A stretch of DNA of 64,000 bases from Eledone cirrhosa (GCA_964016885.1 OZ024754.1:18910001-18974000); one strand, 5' to 3'. Shown: positions 40,091 through 59,287, counted from the first letter of the stretch. The notes: generated from the sequence alone by a model not told the origin. Numbers and translations: made by a program.

Positions 40091-41139
40091 ATTCAAACGT
40101 TTCTGTTCCAAAAGAACGAAAGAAAGAAAGTAAGAAAGAAAGTGAGAAGAGAAAAAAGTAAAACCTTCTACGGTTGGCCTTAGACCTCCCAACCTTTAGA
40201 CACATTCAAAATGCTGAAATGCTTTTACATTATCTCAGCTCAAATTTGTATATTGATTGCTAAGTACTATTTTGAGTTAAAACCTTCAATTACACATTGA
40301 ACAACAATAGCAACAACAGAAACAGCAATAGCGACAACAATAACAACAGAAACAGTAACAACAACAGAAACAGCAACAATAACAACAACGGCATGAACAA
40401 CGACAACAACAACAACAACAACAGAAACAGTAACAACAACAACAACAACAACAGCAACAACAATAGCAGTAACAACAATATCAAGATTAACAATAACTAC
40501 AGCAACAATAACTGCAAGAAGAAGAAGAAGAAGAAACAACAACATCAACAGCAGCAGCAGCAAGTCAATTGTAGGAGATGAGAAAAGTCAATTTTGTGGA
40601 GAACTTTAAATCAGTATGCCACTGAGATGTCAGTTTAACCCAGCTAGAATATTTCAGTTTGGAAAATGATTTTAAAAAAAATAAATAAATAAAAACGCAA
40701 ACAACAACAAAGCAAACAAACAAATAAATCAAAAAGAAAGAAAGAGAGAGAAAAAAGGAAACCTGTGTAAAGAAGACGTCTGTAGCTCTTAGCAAATATA
40801 TCATAAGGCTTTTTTCGTTAGTATATTTCTAATGAATTTCGCTACTTATAATTTTCAAATTATTTTGAAAATAATCAAGAATTTGGAAGGATTTAGCAAG
40901 CAACATAAGTAACTTTATCATTATTAAGCTGCTGTTTGGAACGTAACTTAACAAAGTTAGTATTGTTTGTCTGTTGTTTCTTTAAAAAATGCCGGAAGTT
41001 TGACTGAGTAGTTAGAAGGTCAAATAGAATGGTTTGGTGTTATTCCTGCTCTGTGCACGACTAAAAGGATTTATATTATTATATTATACATGTAACTCTC
41101 TACTGTCCTTATGGTTAATAATAAAGAACTCATTATGGT

Positions 41140-41260
41140 GTGAGTTCAAATCCCGCCGAGGTTTACTTTGCCTTTCATCCTTACGGGGTCGATAAAATAA
41201 AGTACCAGTAATGTACTGGGTAATTGCTGGCCTTGTGCCAAAAGTAGAAACAATTATTAT
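41140..41260 (+). mobile_element. 5-prime-truncated SINE family A
   Basis: B box and body. Confidence 0.85.
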
Positions 41261-41292
41261 ATTATACATAAACACATCTATCGTATATGATA

Positions 41293-41403
<111 letters not shown>

Positions 41404-41668
41404 GGTGGAATTGGTAATAGCACGGAGAATATATTTAAGAATCTGTTTTTCTTTTTTTCTTCTTTGATTCGTCAAAGTAACATTATGGAGAACACGAGAG
41501 GAAGAATTCTTTTAAAAAAAGGAGTTTTATAATCTATATAAAATATATAAAATATAACCTGTTTCGATGTATCAGTATGGACCCTCTTATCCAATGTTGA
41601 ATATTATAATTAAAAAGAATTAAAAGGAATAATATATATATATATACATAACACAAACACACACACAT

Positions 41669-41721
<53 letters not shown>

Positions 41722-41931
41722 TATATATTTGAAAAAAGGAAAAGAATGACTTCACTTGTAAACAATTTAATTTACTTTTATATGATTTGGTCAAATCATA
41801 TAAAATTAAATCAAATTGTTTTGTGGTCAAATCATATAAAATCAAATCAAATTGTTTAGAACTACAAGTGAAGTCATTCTTTTCCTTTTTTTTTCAAATA
41901 TACCTAACTGTACCAAGGATCTCACACATTT

Positions 41932-41987
<56 letters not shown>

Positions 41988-42126
41988 TAATAATTATTAT
42001 TAATTTATCTTGACTCTGTTTTCCTATGATTTTTATCGAACATTTTTGAATGCATCTTCTCTTTTCATGATATTTGGATTACATTGAGTTCTTCATACGG
42101 ATTGGGCACCACCGTATATTTTGGTA

Positions 42127-42262
<136 letters not shown>

Positions 42263-42854
42263 TATATATATAATGGCGTGTAGCTCAAAACACTCACACA
42301 TACATACAGTTTTATGTATGTCTGTTAGGTTTTATTTCAGCTTTTTCGTATAGTTACCCAGACAACCTGAAAAAATCTCTCTCGCTGATACAACGGGTAA
42401 AGAACTTTTTATCGATTTTGACTTTTTCAAACTGAATAATACTCTCATGTGGTTTGTTTTAAATATGGTGAAAAGAAAGACGACAAAGCACAAATTAACT
42501 CTACCTGAATATCTATAACGTCCTTTGCCACAATTTTGAAAGAAAGAGGACACAAATCTTTAAATAGTCTGACCGTGGTGTTTAGTGACCAGGTCAGAGC
42601 TTATGCACACCTACACCTATAACAACAGCAGCAGCGTCAAAAAGATAAAAAGCCAAACAACAACATCAACTGCCACCACCACCACCACCACCACCACCAC
42701 CACCACCACTACCACCACAACCACCACCATTCAGTCAACGATCAAACCTTATGGAAACAACAACAACGACATGATAAACCTAAACAGCACCACACTAACA
42801 GCTTCAATTGTACCCATTCTTTCGAAAGACAACAGTTGCCACATCTATAGTATT

Positions 42855-43016
42855 AATAATGGTTTCTACATTTGGCACAAGACCAGCAATTATCCCAGTG
42901 TATTACTGGTACTTTATTTTATCGACCTCGTAAGGATGAAAGGCAAAGTTAACCTCGGCGGGATTTGAACTCAGACCACAAAGGGCCGCAACTCTTTGCT
43001 GCAAAGCATGGCGTCC

Positions 43017-43019
<3 letters not shown>
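42855..43019 (-). mobile_element. SINE family A
   Basis: Body and B box, 5-prime end lost in (TA)n. Confidence 0.85.
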
Positions 43020-43081
<62 letters not shown>

Positions 43082-43377
43082 GAATAATCGAGTATCGAAA
43101 AATCGGCGCACGAGTTCACGATAAACAAAATTCGATATGAGCGGCAGAGGGCTCAATAATTTAGATAAATCAGAGCTATAACTATCGTTAAAATACCGTC
43201 ACACATAGAACAAGTCTATAATCAACCATACAACCGAAAAATTGCGATCTGGAAGATTCGGGACACTCAGATAAAAAAATCAATAAATCAATAAATCAAA
43301 TGAATGTAAAAAGCATACCCGGACCCGCTAGAAAGATGGTAAATCTAACTTCTTGGGTTTCTGTAAATCCTTAAACT

Positions 43378-43445
<68 letters not shown>

Positions 43446-43559
43446 CGTGTGTGTTATAATGTGTGTGAGTGGCGCGTGTGTGTTTGTATGTATGAGTGTT
43501 TGTGTGTGAGTGTGTGTGTGCGTGTGTGAGTGAGTGTGTCGTATGTATGAGTGTCATTA

Positions 43560-45433
43560 AGTGAGAAGGAAACTCCTTAAAACCTGACGTTGAAGCAACT
43601 CCCGGTCATCTTGCTTCGGCATGTCACTGGACTCTAGTTGCGGATAGCCAGAGAGTTGCACTCGTGTTTTACAAGCGGTTACCACTATAATATACTGATG
43701 TACCTTATTTCTGAAATACTGCGGTAGTAGACGAATGGTAACATGTGCAGACCTGACCAGTTGGACGCTTATAGTCACAAGTCTATACACAGGCTCCCAG
43801 AGCTTATTTGCTTCACTCGAGCAGGAATTAGAATAAAGCAAGATGCAAAAAATATGCGAAAGATCGAGTCAGACTCAACATTTGTTGTTGGAACGTTAGG
43901 ACACTCCTGGACAGAAACTCGTCTGGACGTCCAGAACGTATAACTGCATTTGTGACAAAAGAATTCAGAAGATTGAACATAGACATAGCAGCTTTATCTG
44001 AAACACATTTGGTGCGAGAAGATCAATTAACAGAAGTATCATCAGGCTTCTCTCTTTTGGGGTAGGTAAACCCATAGCTGAACGTAGAGAGGGCCGTGTT
44101 GTCTTCGTCATTAGAACATCCCTGCTTGATCGTATGGAATGTCCTACAGGTGTAATCGATTGCATTATGAAGCTTCGTATTTGTCTGATACATGGCCGTT
44201 ATGTAACACTTTTATCTGTTTATGCACCAATCCTACAGGCGAGTGGTCCTTGATCTATCTATGAGTCTATTCGTGCTGTCATTGCATGCACACCTGCTGA
44301 TGATAAATTATTACTTGGGGCGCCCTTGGTCCTTTTGGTATTGGTAAAATTAACACCAGCGGCCTGAGGCTGCTTGAACTTTGCTCAGGACTCAACTTAA
44401 CCATCTGCAACACTCTTTTCCGTCAGAATCTCAAATATAAAGCTACCTGGTATCATCCAAGATCCAAGCATGGACATATGATTGATTTCACCATCACTCG
44501 TAAACGAGATCTAAGTGATGTGTGTACAGTGCGTGTGTTGTGTAGTGCAGAATGGCACTTACAACAAATTAGTGCGAGAAAAGTTCAAGATGAGTATCCG
44601 CAAAAGAATTCGTATGAGTGGAGTGAAAGCACCGAAACGCATTGATGTCAACAAACTGAGGCGATGAAATAAAGCTGGCAGTCAAGCACGTTAACTCTGG
44701 CAAGGCACCAGGTCTAGATGGTATCCCAATCAAACTGCTGTAAGTCGGTAGTGATAATCTAACAGAAACAATAAACAACTTCATCACTGATTGCTGGAAT
44801 GGGACGCCGGTTCCGCAAGACTGGATCAACAGTATTCTGTTATCATTATACACAGGCAAAGGAGAAAAATCGATATGTGGAAACTACCGTGGCATCACTT
44901 TTTTGGAAGCTGTTGGCAAGTTCTCGCAAGACTTTTCCTCAACAGACTGGAGGAGGATATCTGTCTTGTAACAATCCCAGAATCACAGAGTGTTTTTAGA
45001 GGTGGAAGGGGAACAGTTCACATGATTTTCTCTGTAAGACAAATACAAGAAAAATGCATTGAGCAGTGTGTCCCTCTATATCAAGTCTTTGTCGACCTAA
45101 TGAAGGCTTTTGACAGTTAACAGAAATGCACTCTGGATAATACTTGGAATAATAGCATGTCTACCCAAGTTTGTGAGTATACTAAAGCAGCTGCATAGAA
45201 ATATGAAAGCTCGGTTTACCTTCAATGGCCAACTATCTGGGGAAATCCCAATTGACAACGGGGAAAAGCCAGGTGATATTCCTGCTCCTACGCTTTTCTC
45301 CATCTTCTTTGCTGCCTTGCTCACACATGCTTCCCATTATTGTGACAGAGGCATTCTCTTACTGTTCAGAACCACTGGAAAGGTTTTCAACTTAAGAAGG
45401 TTTAATGCCAAGACAAAACCTTTCAAGCTTTGA
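43560..45433 (+). mobile_element. Decayed RTE (BovB-like) LINE, APE plus partial RT
   Basis: IDIAALSETH, KAPGLDGIP, GNYRGITF, FVDLMKAFDS, PGDIPAPTLFSIF; many frameshifts. Confidence 0.88.
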
Positions 45434-46074
45434 TCCTTGGTGAGGCGGAGGGGCTGTGTGTTGTGTGGGTGTGGTAGGGCTGTACGTGAAATGAGATGAA
45501 AGAATGAGGTGTTGTACTAGGGGTAGGGGCGCTTAAGCTGGTCATCAGTTTGTCACTGGTTAGTGGAGTAGTAGGTTGTCCTGTTTATCGTTAAGGGAGA
45601 TATGGACAATAAGAACTAATGAGGTGAAGCGAATGGTATGAGGTTAGTGTATGAAAATATATATTAAAAAGTACATATACAAATGAGGAATTACAGTATG
45701 AGGCTAGTGTTTGTGAAGACCATAGAAAAGACTATAAAGAAATATTTTATAGAAAATATTATTGCTAGAATCCACCGCATTCTTTCATCATATCACGCAC
45801 AGCCCTACCACACCCACACAACACACAGCACCTCCGCCTCACCACGTACTCGCCGACATGTCTATAGCAAGCCAAAACACCACACCCCGCAACTCATATC
45901 AACCATTCCTCCTCACCACTACCCCGTCACTACGGTCACCCCCCCCCACCTACCATACGTGCCAAAACATTCCTCATAATTAATCCACCAATCAAAAAAC
46001 AGAAACTGACCAACATATGAATGTTAGATATCTATATGCCATTTATATTCATTCTGTCATTACTATAGCAGAGG

Positions 46075-48220
46075 TCTGACGAGCATTTGATTCCAGAGTC
46101 GCGGACGTCTACTGCAACAGAACGGGAGAATTCCCAGCTCTGTGAGCCGAGGAGCGGTGGCGCTGCTGAGAAAGGATCCGAACAAGGGAGATAACATAGA
46201 TAATTTCAGGCCCATAACTCTGCTAAACACAGAGTTCAAGATTTTGGCCAAGGTGCTAGCAAAGAGGTTGGCGCTTGTCGTTGGTGGTCTGGTGGGAGAG
46301 GCGCAGACATGCGCCATTCCAGACAGATCCATCCACGACAACCTCCACCTCCTGCGATACATCGTGAAGAGGGTAGCCAGGGAACCTGGCACGGGTGGCT
46401 CCTTGATCAATTTAGATCAGTCGAAAGCTTTCGATAGGGTCGACCATCGTTACCTGGGGGCAGTCCTGAGGGCGGCTGGCTTTGGGCCCGTCTTCAGAGG
46501 CTGGATCGCTGCCATGCACAGCGACATCTGCTCTGTGGTGAGAGTGAACGGTCACTTTTCGGAACCGTTCAACATCATGCGCTCGGTCCGCCAAGGATGT
46601 CCCCTCTCGTCCCTGTTGTACGTATTGACTCTCGAGCAATTACTGCACAAACTGGAGACGTTGAGGGGAGGGGGGGGGGTTCCCGCGCGAACTAGGATAC
46701 GGAAGATCCGTGTCAGCATATGCGGACGACTTCACCGTAGTGGTGTTGAACGCCAAACACATCGAGGCGATCGACACTACACTAAGAGTATACGAGGTGG
46801 TGACAGGAGCAATGATCAACCAGGAAAAGTCGGTGGGCCTGCAGCTCGGCACCTGGAGAGGAAGGTCCATGCCGTCCAACAGCGTCGTCGGGCGCTGGAC
46901 GGACGGACCAGTTAAATTGCTAGGGGTCTGGTTCGGTCCGGACCTCCAGACGGACAAAAACTGGGACGAGATGACGGGAAGGGTGGCTTCTCTCACCCAG
47001 AAATGGGCAGAGAGGAAGCTATCCCTGAAAGGTCGAGCGGAGGTGACGAATGCGAACATCGCGTCCTCATCTACTACCGCCTGACCGTCGTGCCTTGTCC
47101 TAAGCCTCGCCTGACTGCGCTGGAGCGTTTGCTCTTTCGGTTTGTGGAAGGGACGCACTCCGATGGTCAGGCGGTTCATCTGCTGTGAACACCCGCTACG
47201 TGGTATGTCCGAGATGCGCGCAGGGCGACGAAACCGTCCTGCACGCACTCGTCCAGTGTCCGAGCATTGCTGTCTTGTGGGTTTATGTCGAACACCTGCT
47301 GTCGCGTGTAGGACGGATCCGGCTATCAGCTGAGTACATCGTGAGGATTGCTCCTCCCTCTTCCTTTAGCATGGAAGGGAAGGCAGTTTTTATCTGTCTG
47401 GTGGCCATGGCGAAAGAGATAGTATGGTGGACGCGTTTGAAAGGGCTGAAGACGAGCACTTACATCTTCGGTGATGCCCTGATTAACTTTTTCAAATTTC
47501 ATTTGAAAAGGAAAATCAGGGTAGAGAGGGAAGTGCTCTCTTCCCAGCATTTTGTTGAAAGATGGGTGAGAGAGGCAAGAACCTTTGTGCACGCACTCGT
47601 TCAGTGTCCGAGCATTGCTGACTTGTGGAGCTATGTTGAACATTTGCTGTCACGTGTAGGACGGATCCGGTTATCGACTTAGTGCATTGTGCAGATACCC
47701 CCGCCGTCCTCCTTTAAGGAGGAGGAAGGGCAGGCAGTTTTCATCTGCCTGGTGGCCATGGCGAAAGAGATTGTATGGTGGACAAGGTTGAAAGGATTGA
47801 AGACGGACACTTTTCTCTTCGGCGAATCCCTGATTAACTTTTTCAAATTTCACTTGAAGAGGAAAATCAAGGTTGAGAGACAAGTGCAGTCTTCAAATAA
47901 GTTTGTTAAAAGGTGGGTGAAAGTGGCGAGTCTGGTCCGAGTGAACGGGCCCGCCCTATAGACTGAGGAGTGGAAAACTGAGAGAGGGCGCTTGCCCTGG
48001 TGGTCAGGGTGGCCGTGGTCTTTTGTGTGGTTTTCGCCACGGGTGACCCTAGGAAGTTTCCCCCCTATTGGGGAATTTTTTGTTGTTTGAATTTTTTGAT
48101 ATTTCTATCTTCTTGTTATAACCTTTTTTACACGGCCAAAACCTACTTTGTATCGTCCTGTACCGTTTTGTGTCGTCTGTAATGTTTTTCTTCATGTTAG
48201 CCCTTGTGACCAATAATGAA
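46075..48220 (+). mobile_element. 5-prime-truncated L1/Tx1-clade LINE
   Basis: NFRPITLLNTEFKILAK, DQSKAFDRVDH, SVRQGCPLS, SAYADD, CPRC..ETVLHAL..C; followed by (ATT)n. Confidence 0.9.
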
Positions 48221-48222
48221 AC

Positions 48223-50948
<2,726 letters not shown>

Positions 50949-50951
50949 ATT

Positions 50952-51036
<85 letters not shown>

Positions 51037-51813
51037 AAATGTTATTCTTTGATGGATGTTTGATAAAAAGAATAATGCCATAATTGTGATGTTGACAATG
51101 TTTATTTTACAATAATAATATGTGACAGAATTTATCACTACATTATTTGCTGGTTAGCTACTTCGAGCTAGCGTGCATGCATGTATCAATACAACAATAC
51201 AATAGAAGTGATTCAACAGGAAGACGCAAGAATAGATAAAACACAGAAGTAAACAGTATAATCGAACCTGAGTGTGTGTGCATGTGTGTATCATTAGTAT
51301 TCTCTATTCCTCTCAAGAACTGTTTGTAGTCTGTGGCCGAGATGGTGAGAGCCAGTAAGGCCAGGAGAGAGAAAGGGTAAAGGTCTGCTGATACCTACAT
51401 CGTTATCTCTCACGGACTGCTGCTTCGGTCTGTTTGTCTGGCTGTAGTCTGTGGCCGAGAAGATGAAAGCCAGTAAGGCCAAGAGAGAGAAAGGGTAAAA
51501 GGTCTGCTACATCGTTAACCTTAACACAGACTGCTTGCTTCGTAGTCTGACTGCTGGGTTTCCCAAGTCCTTGTATTTATAATAACCCTATAGCTAGAAG
51601 GATGTGTATATGGGTTGATTTATGGGCAATCATCTGTGTTTCCTCTGTCTACAAGCTGGGGTCACAGATCAAGTGGTATGTACGTTTACTATATTGTTTC
51701 TTGACAGGACAATCGTGGGAACTTCCAACAATAGGTCGTCCCAGAGGCGAGAACTCTTAGATTCGGTTTCGAATCTTCGCCGGGTAATTTATAGGAGAAT
51801 TCCGTTACACACA

Positions 51814-51869
<56 letters not shown>

Positions 51870-52020
51870 AATTTGAATATGTGTTGGTTGCTTATCGACA
51901 CCTCATTATGCAGGTTAGAGCACTCAACAAAGTGCGCAGGTGAGTCTGTTTTCTCCGGAGTAATTTAAAACAAGAAGTGTAAGTCAACAGGTTAAAATTA
52001 ACTTCGTTTATTCATATTCG

Positions 52021-52120
<100 letters not shown>

Positions 52121-52121
52121 A

Positions 52122-52194
<73 letters not shown>

Positions 52195-52753
52195 CACACA
52201 CACACATAGTATTAAAAAGATCCATTAATAGTATATAACTCTCTGGCTTGTTCCATTTATACAGGTTGTTGAGCGCTTCGCCTTACCTGCATCACAATCG
52301 GTTGACCGATAAAGCCTTGTCACGTAATGTGTCATGCTGATTCTGCTTGCAGATTACGTTAACATTGCACGTCTTTGTGGAATACTCAACCACATGCATT
52401 TAAATTGCGAGTAATAGTAGTAGTGAGCGTGATGAGAAAGTCCTTTTATCCTTTATTTGCGACATCACTCTCTTCTCTAGCCCCTACTCTCAGACAAACG
52501 ACAATGATAACACAAACAATAATACAGATATCTCTGCACATCAAAACACTTTATACTATCCAAATATAAATATAACCGCAGGACTTTTAGTAGGATTACT
52601 ACACGGGGCCAAAACAACAAAATAACGTAGTAAAATTAATTTATTCATTGTAATCTATTTTTATGAATAAAACCTTCATCTACAAATGTTGATCTGATCT
52701 GTTGTCCGTGAATGGGTAGGGTCGATCATACTATGAGATGCATAGATATATAC

Positions 52754-52851
<98 letters not shown>

Positions 52852-53099
52852 GTACGTACATATATACATACATACATATACTTAAAAAAGAGAAGAGTGA
52901 CTTTAGCGGTGGTTGGCAAAGACATTCATATCTTTTCAAATATATTTTACTGTACCAAGGGTTTCCCTAATTGCCATATATATATTATATATATATGGCA
53001 GTGCCCCAGCATGACCTCAGCCTGTCGGTGGGAACACGTAATAGCGTAATATATACAAGCAATATATCACCAATTATGAGGTAATAATGATAGTATGAG

Positions 53100-53158
<59 letters not shown>

Positions 53159-54357
53159 GAATGTTGTAGCGAAGTGGGACAGTAATGTCATGAGGCAAAA
53201 GAAAGAGAAGTTCATTTAATTGAGTTTCGATGTGAGTGGATAGTAGTACCGCTTTGAGGCAGAAGGAAGAGAAAGCCATCTACTTATAGTATATTACTGG
53301 CATACATGTAAATGCACGCATAAACACACGTATGTTATAATGAGAACTGCAACTGGTGTCGGTGGGGATTGTGGAAAGATGGATGGGAGTGGGGGGGCGA
53401 AGGCTGTTGTTGATTTTGTAAAACTAATATATATTTGTTTAAATCATCAATTATTTAACGCCCGCGCTGTAATGCAATTAATTTTCCGCTGAGCTGAACT
53501 TTTTACAAAGAACTAAATTTCCAGTTAGACTAGCTAATTCTCTGACAATTAATAAAGCAAAGAGCGAAACATTTAACAAGATGGGGATTTAGAGTGTTTA
53601 GACATGGTTGTAGTGGTTGTGGCAGTGGTTGTTGTAGTGGTGGTGGTGGTTGGTTGTTGTAGTGGTAGGGTGGTGGTTGTTGTAGTGGTGGTGGTTGTTG
53701 TAGTGGTGGTGGTGGTTGTAGTGGTAGTAGTTATTGTAGTAGTGGTGGTGGTGGTGGTGGTTGCAGTGGTTGTTGCTGTAGTGGTGGTTGTTGTGGTAGT
53801 ATTTGTTGTTGTATATGTTGAATATTCTAGGACTAGGAATTAACTTATGTTTTTGTTAGGGTAGTTCATACTAACAAGCAAGAGAAAGAAAGAGGAAAAA
53901 CCATGACTAAAACCATTGTATATAAGGAAGTGAAGGCGCGTGGCTGGGTAGTTAGAGAATTGGATTCTGAGTTCAATTCCTGGACCGGGCGATGCGTAAT
54001 GTCCATGAGCAAGACTCTTTATTTCACGTTGCTCCTTCTACCTGCAAGTGCAAAGACCAACGGAAACATTGTTTCCTCGGTCCGATTTGACGAAAGTCGA
54101 TCGACTGTCGATATAAAGAACTATCTTAACTATAATAAAGTAAGGAGTGCGGGACTGCGTCCAGAATATTTTTTTTATCCCGTTTGTAAAATAAGTTGGA
54201 TTACTTTGAATAAATAATGAATGAATATTACATAATTGTTGTACTAAATTTCGTAGCTCTTGATTAAATATAAATAATTTTATTGCTTATTTAAAGATTC
54301 ATTTCTTTAACATTTTCAAATGTCAACACTTCTGGTTAGCGCCCATTATATTATATA

Positions 54358-54552
54358 GGGTGGTGGATTGGCAGTATCGGTAGAGGGTCGGACGTCATGC
54401 TTTGCAGTAAAGAGTTACGGCCCTTTATGGTCTGAGTTCAAATCCCGCCGAGGTTAACTTTGCATCTCATCCTTACGGGGTCGATAAAATAAAGTACCAG
54501 TAATACACTGGGATAATTGCTGGCCTTGTGCCAAAAGTAAAAACAATTATAT
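54358..54552 (+). mobile_element. SINE family A
   Basis: Full copy. Confidence 0.9.
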
Positions 54553-55384
54553 TATAACACTTAAAAAAGCATCGCATATATTTCCGTCGCTAATTTTCTC
54601 CTAATGCAGTTTATATATAATATCGTCTTTTTTAAATGTATCATGGATTACTTTACTGATTACAGAAGAGAGTGTAACACAGTCTCTCTTCAATTTCTGT
54701 GGATATTGTCAATTACGATTTTATTTGATGTATCATATCTACATGTATATATACTTGCGTATAATATCAATATACACACTACACATGCTAGTTAAATTAA
54801 TGGTATAAATTATGATAGAATACAATTAATGGTCTAATAATACCAAAGATACAATGAGGAAATTAATATATGCCAGAGTACGTAATTGCTGTGTCTTAGT
54901 TTGTAACAGACATGGAATTTCACAGGGTCAGCTAGTTATTATAATGTTGTCATAATACAAAGAAGTGTCAACAACCAAATGAAAATAGAAAACGTATGGG
55001 GTATGTGGTGGGGTTTGGAGGTGAGGGGTGGGGAATAGACGGTAGTGTGAAAGAAGGGTAGAAGAGCGGTGCTGAAAAGTAGTTATGTATGGATGTGTAT
55101 GTATGTATGTGTGTGTGTGTGTATGTGTGTGTGTATGTGTGTGTATATGTATATGCGTATGTATGTATGTATGCATAAGGGGAATGGCAAAGTGATATGT
55201 ACACACACACAATAGAGGCAGAGAGAAAGAGGAAGAGAGAGGAAGAGAGAGGGAGGGAGGGGGAGTGAGGGAGAGAGAGGGAGAGGTTGAAGAAAAAACA
55301 TTTAGCTATGATCAATATCAGTTTTATCGATCTTAAAGCATTTTAAGAATACATCAATTTTCTAACGATTCCACACATCCAACA

Positions 55385-56445
55385 ATTGTGGTGGTGGTGG
55401 TGGTTTTGTTGTTGTGGTGGTGGTGATGGTGGTGGTGGTGGTGGTGGTAGTTTTGTTGTTGTTGTTGTTGTGGTGGTGGTGGTGGTGGTGATGGTGGTGG
55501 TGGTTTTGTTGTTGTGGTGGTGGTGATGGTGGTGGTGGTGGTTTTGTTGTTGTTGTTGTTGTGGTGGTGGTGATGGTATTGTAGTTGTTGTGGTGGTGGT
55601 TTTGTAGTTGTTGTTGTTGTTGTTGTGGTGGTGGTGCTGGTGATGGTGGTGTTGGTGGTGGTTTTGTTGTTGATGTTGTTGATGTGATGATGGTTTTATT
55701 GTTGTTGTTGTTGTAGTGGTGGTGATGATTGTGGTGGTTTTGTTGTTGTTGTTGTTGTAGTGGTGGTGGTGGTTTTGTTGTTGTTGTTGTAGTGGTGGTG
55801 ATGGTTGTGGTGGTTTTGTTGTTGTTGTTGTTGTAGTGGTGGTGGTGGTTTTGTTGTTGTTGTTGTAGTGGTGGTGATGGTTGTGGTGGTTTTGTTGTTG
55901 TTGTTGTGGTGGTGGTGATGGTGGTGCTGGTTTTGTAGTTGTTGTTGTTGTTGTTGTAGTGGTGGTGGTGGTGGTTTTGTTGTTGTTGTTGTTGTAGTGG
56001 TGGTGATGGTTGTGGTGGTTTTGTTGTTGTTGTTGTTGTGGTGGTGGTGGTGGTGCTGGTTTTGTAGTTGTTGTTGTTGTTGTTGTAGTGGTGGTGGTGG
56101 TTTTGATGTTGTTGTTGTTGTTGTAGTGGTGGTGATGGTTGTGGTGGTTTTGTTGTTGTTGTTGTGGTGGTGGTGATGGTGGTGCTGGTTTTGTAGTTGT
56201 TGTTGTTGTTGTAGTGGTGGTGGTGGTTTTGTTGTTGTTGTTGTTGTAGTGGTGGTGATGGTGGTGCTGGTTTTGTAGTTGTTGTTGTAGTGGTTGTGGT
56301 GGTTTTGTTGCTATTACTGCTCCACCCCCCACCTACACCACCACCACCATCACCAACACCACAGCCACCAACCCACATCACCACCACCACCACTACCTAC
56401 ACCTCCACCACCAACTCAACATCACCACCAACACTGCCACCACCA
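55385..56445. repeat. (GGT/GTT)n compound tract
   Basis: Low-complexity sequence. Confidence 0.95.
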
Positions 56446-56663
56446 ATTATATGTAGAACAACTGGTGATATCTGTCTGAGAGAAATCTATCCCGGCATTC
56501 TTTGCTCTCAACTCACAACTCACTCTCTGGGATTTTCTCACTTCATCGATATTTATTCTGGCTCCACGACTCGAAAGAATTCCCAAAGATCTTCTACCAA
56601 TCCAATATCCTGACTTTCGATCATTTATCACAGCGTCACCTCCCTTACTTCAACACGCGCGCG

Positions 56664-56726
<63 letters not shown>

Positions 56727-57247
56727 GCGCGCGCACACGCACACGCACACACGCACACGCACACACGCGCACACACACACACACACACGCACGCACACAC
56801 GCACGCACACACACATACGCACACACACACGCACACACGCACACACAAACAAACAAACACACACATGCACACACGCACACACACGCACAAACAAACAAAC
56901 AAACAAATACACACACGCACACACGCACACACGCACACACACGCACGCTCACACGCACACACAAACAAACAAACAAACACACACACACACACTCACACCC
57001 ACCCACACACGTACACACACACACGCACATACACACACACACACACACACAAACAAACACACACACGCACACACGCATATAGTTGATAAAAGAAACAGAA
57101 TAAAGACAGGGATGCGAAAATACAGTAATATTAGGTTCACACTTGGAGGAAAAGGAGGAGGGTTAAACGTTTCGGAGAGAAGTCCTTCATCAGATATACA
57201 CGCAGATACATATTTGTTTATTTCTACGATTTTCTATTTTAAACATG

Positions 57248-57340
<93 letters not shown>

Positions 57341-57504
57341 TGTGTGTAAAAGGTAAACAGAAATAATAACACAATCGGTAGTGTATATGGAAGGAATATA
57401 TTAGTTTAACGCTTGAAATAGCAGGATGAGGGTCTTAACGTTTCGGAATCGGAAAAAAATGTTTTTAGAGAGTAAGAAAAAAAAATGTATATATATAATA
57501 TATA

Positions 57505-57665
57505 ACTGTTTCTACTTTAGGCGCAAGGCCAGCAATTACCCAGTGCATTACTGGTACTTTATTTTATCGACCCCGTAAGGATGAAAGGCAAAGTCAACCT
57601 CGGCGGGATTTGAACTCAGATCGTAAAGGGACATAACTATACTGGAAAGCATGGCGTCCGACCCT
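57505..57665 (-). mobile_element. SINE family A with TATAATATATAAC target-site duplication
   Basis: 5-prime-truncated copy, same motif on both flanks. Confidence 0.85.
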
Positions 57666-57699
57666 ATATATAATATATAACACTGATGGGTTATATCGG

Positions 57700-58572
<873 letters not shown>

Positions 58573-59053
58573 TATATTGATGAATGAGGTACAAATGACC
58601 ATGGTTAGATAACGCTTCAATTCTTAAATAAACAGGTTCTAGAAAATCAAATCAAATTCCGAAGTTTATTTTCGATAAGCCCTATCTCATAGTGTCTCAC
58701 GTGGCATATCTCTTAGCAATGGACATATTACTCTTGGGAGGGGGGGGGGGGGACAGATAGTAAGTTATTTAATAAATCGTTAGTGCAAGCTCTGAATCGC
58801 TGTAAAAATATTCTGGGGAAAACAGATTGATTTCTGAAATAATACCACGTAAATATTTGATTACTTGGAGGTTTGGAACGTTACCAGGATAAATTATTTT
58901 TGTCCGACTTTCACTAATATCCCAACGAATTACTCAGATAACTAGCTGATCCCCGTGGAAATGTGATGGCTTAATTACAAACAACCACCAAGTATTAAAG
59001 ATCAATATGACATTTTAAACGTTTTATAAATAAGTTATATATTTATATATATA

Positions 59054-59086
<33 letters not shown>

Positions 59087-59287
59087 CTTAATACCTTAAC
59101 ATTAGTATGAGTGGCCAGTTACAGCCGGTTTGAACAGAAAGAGGTGAGAGAGTTCTGGCCAGATATGGCCAGTTTAAATGCTAAAGGGTTATGGTTGTGA
59201 ATCGAAAACTCACCCCCCCCCCACATATATATATATATATATATATATGTCGTCATTGAAATATATATCACAGCATTATTATTAAAT

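Noticed and set aside
32767-40205. Long ORFs of 250-659 aa (poly-P/T/H/V/G)
   Set aside because: Open in several frames only because trinucleotide repeats lack stops; no domain content
55343-57086. Q/H/T-rich and HT-repeat ORFs
   Set aside because: Microsatellite artefacts
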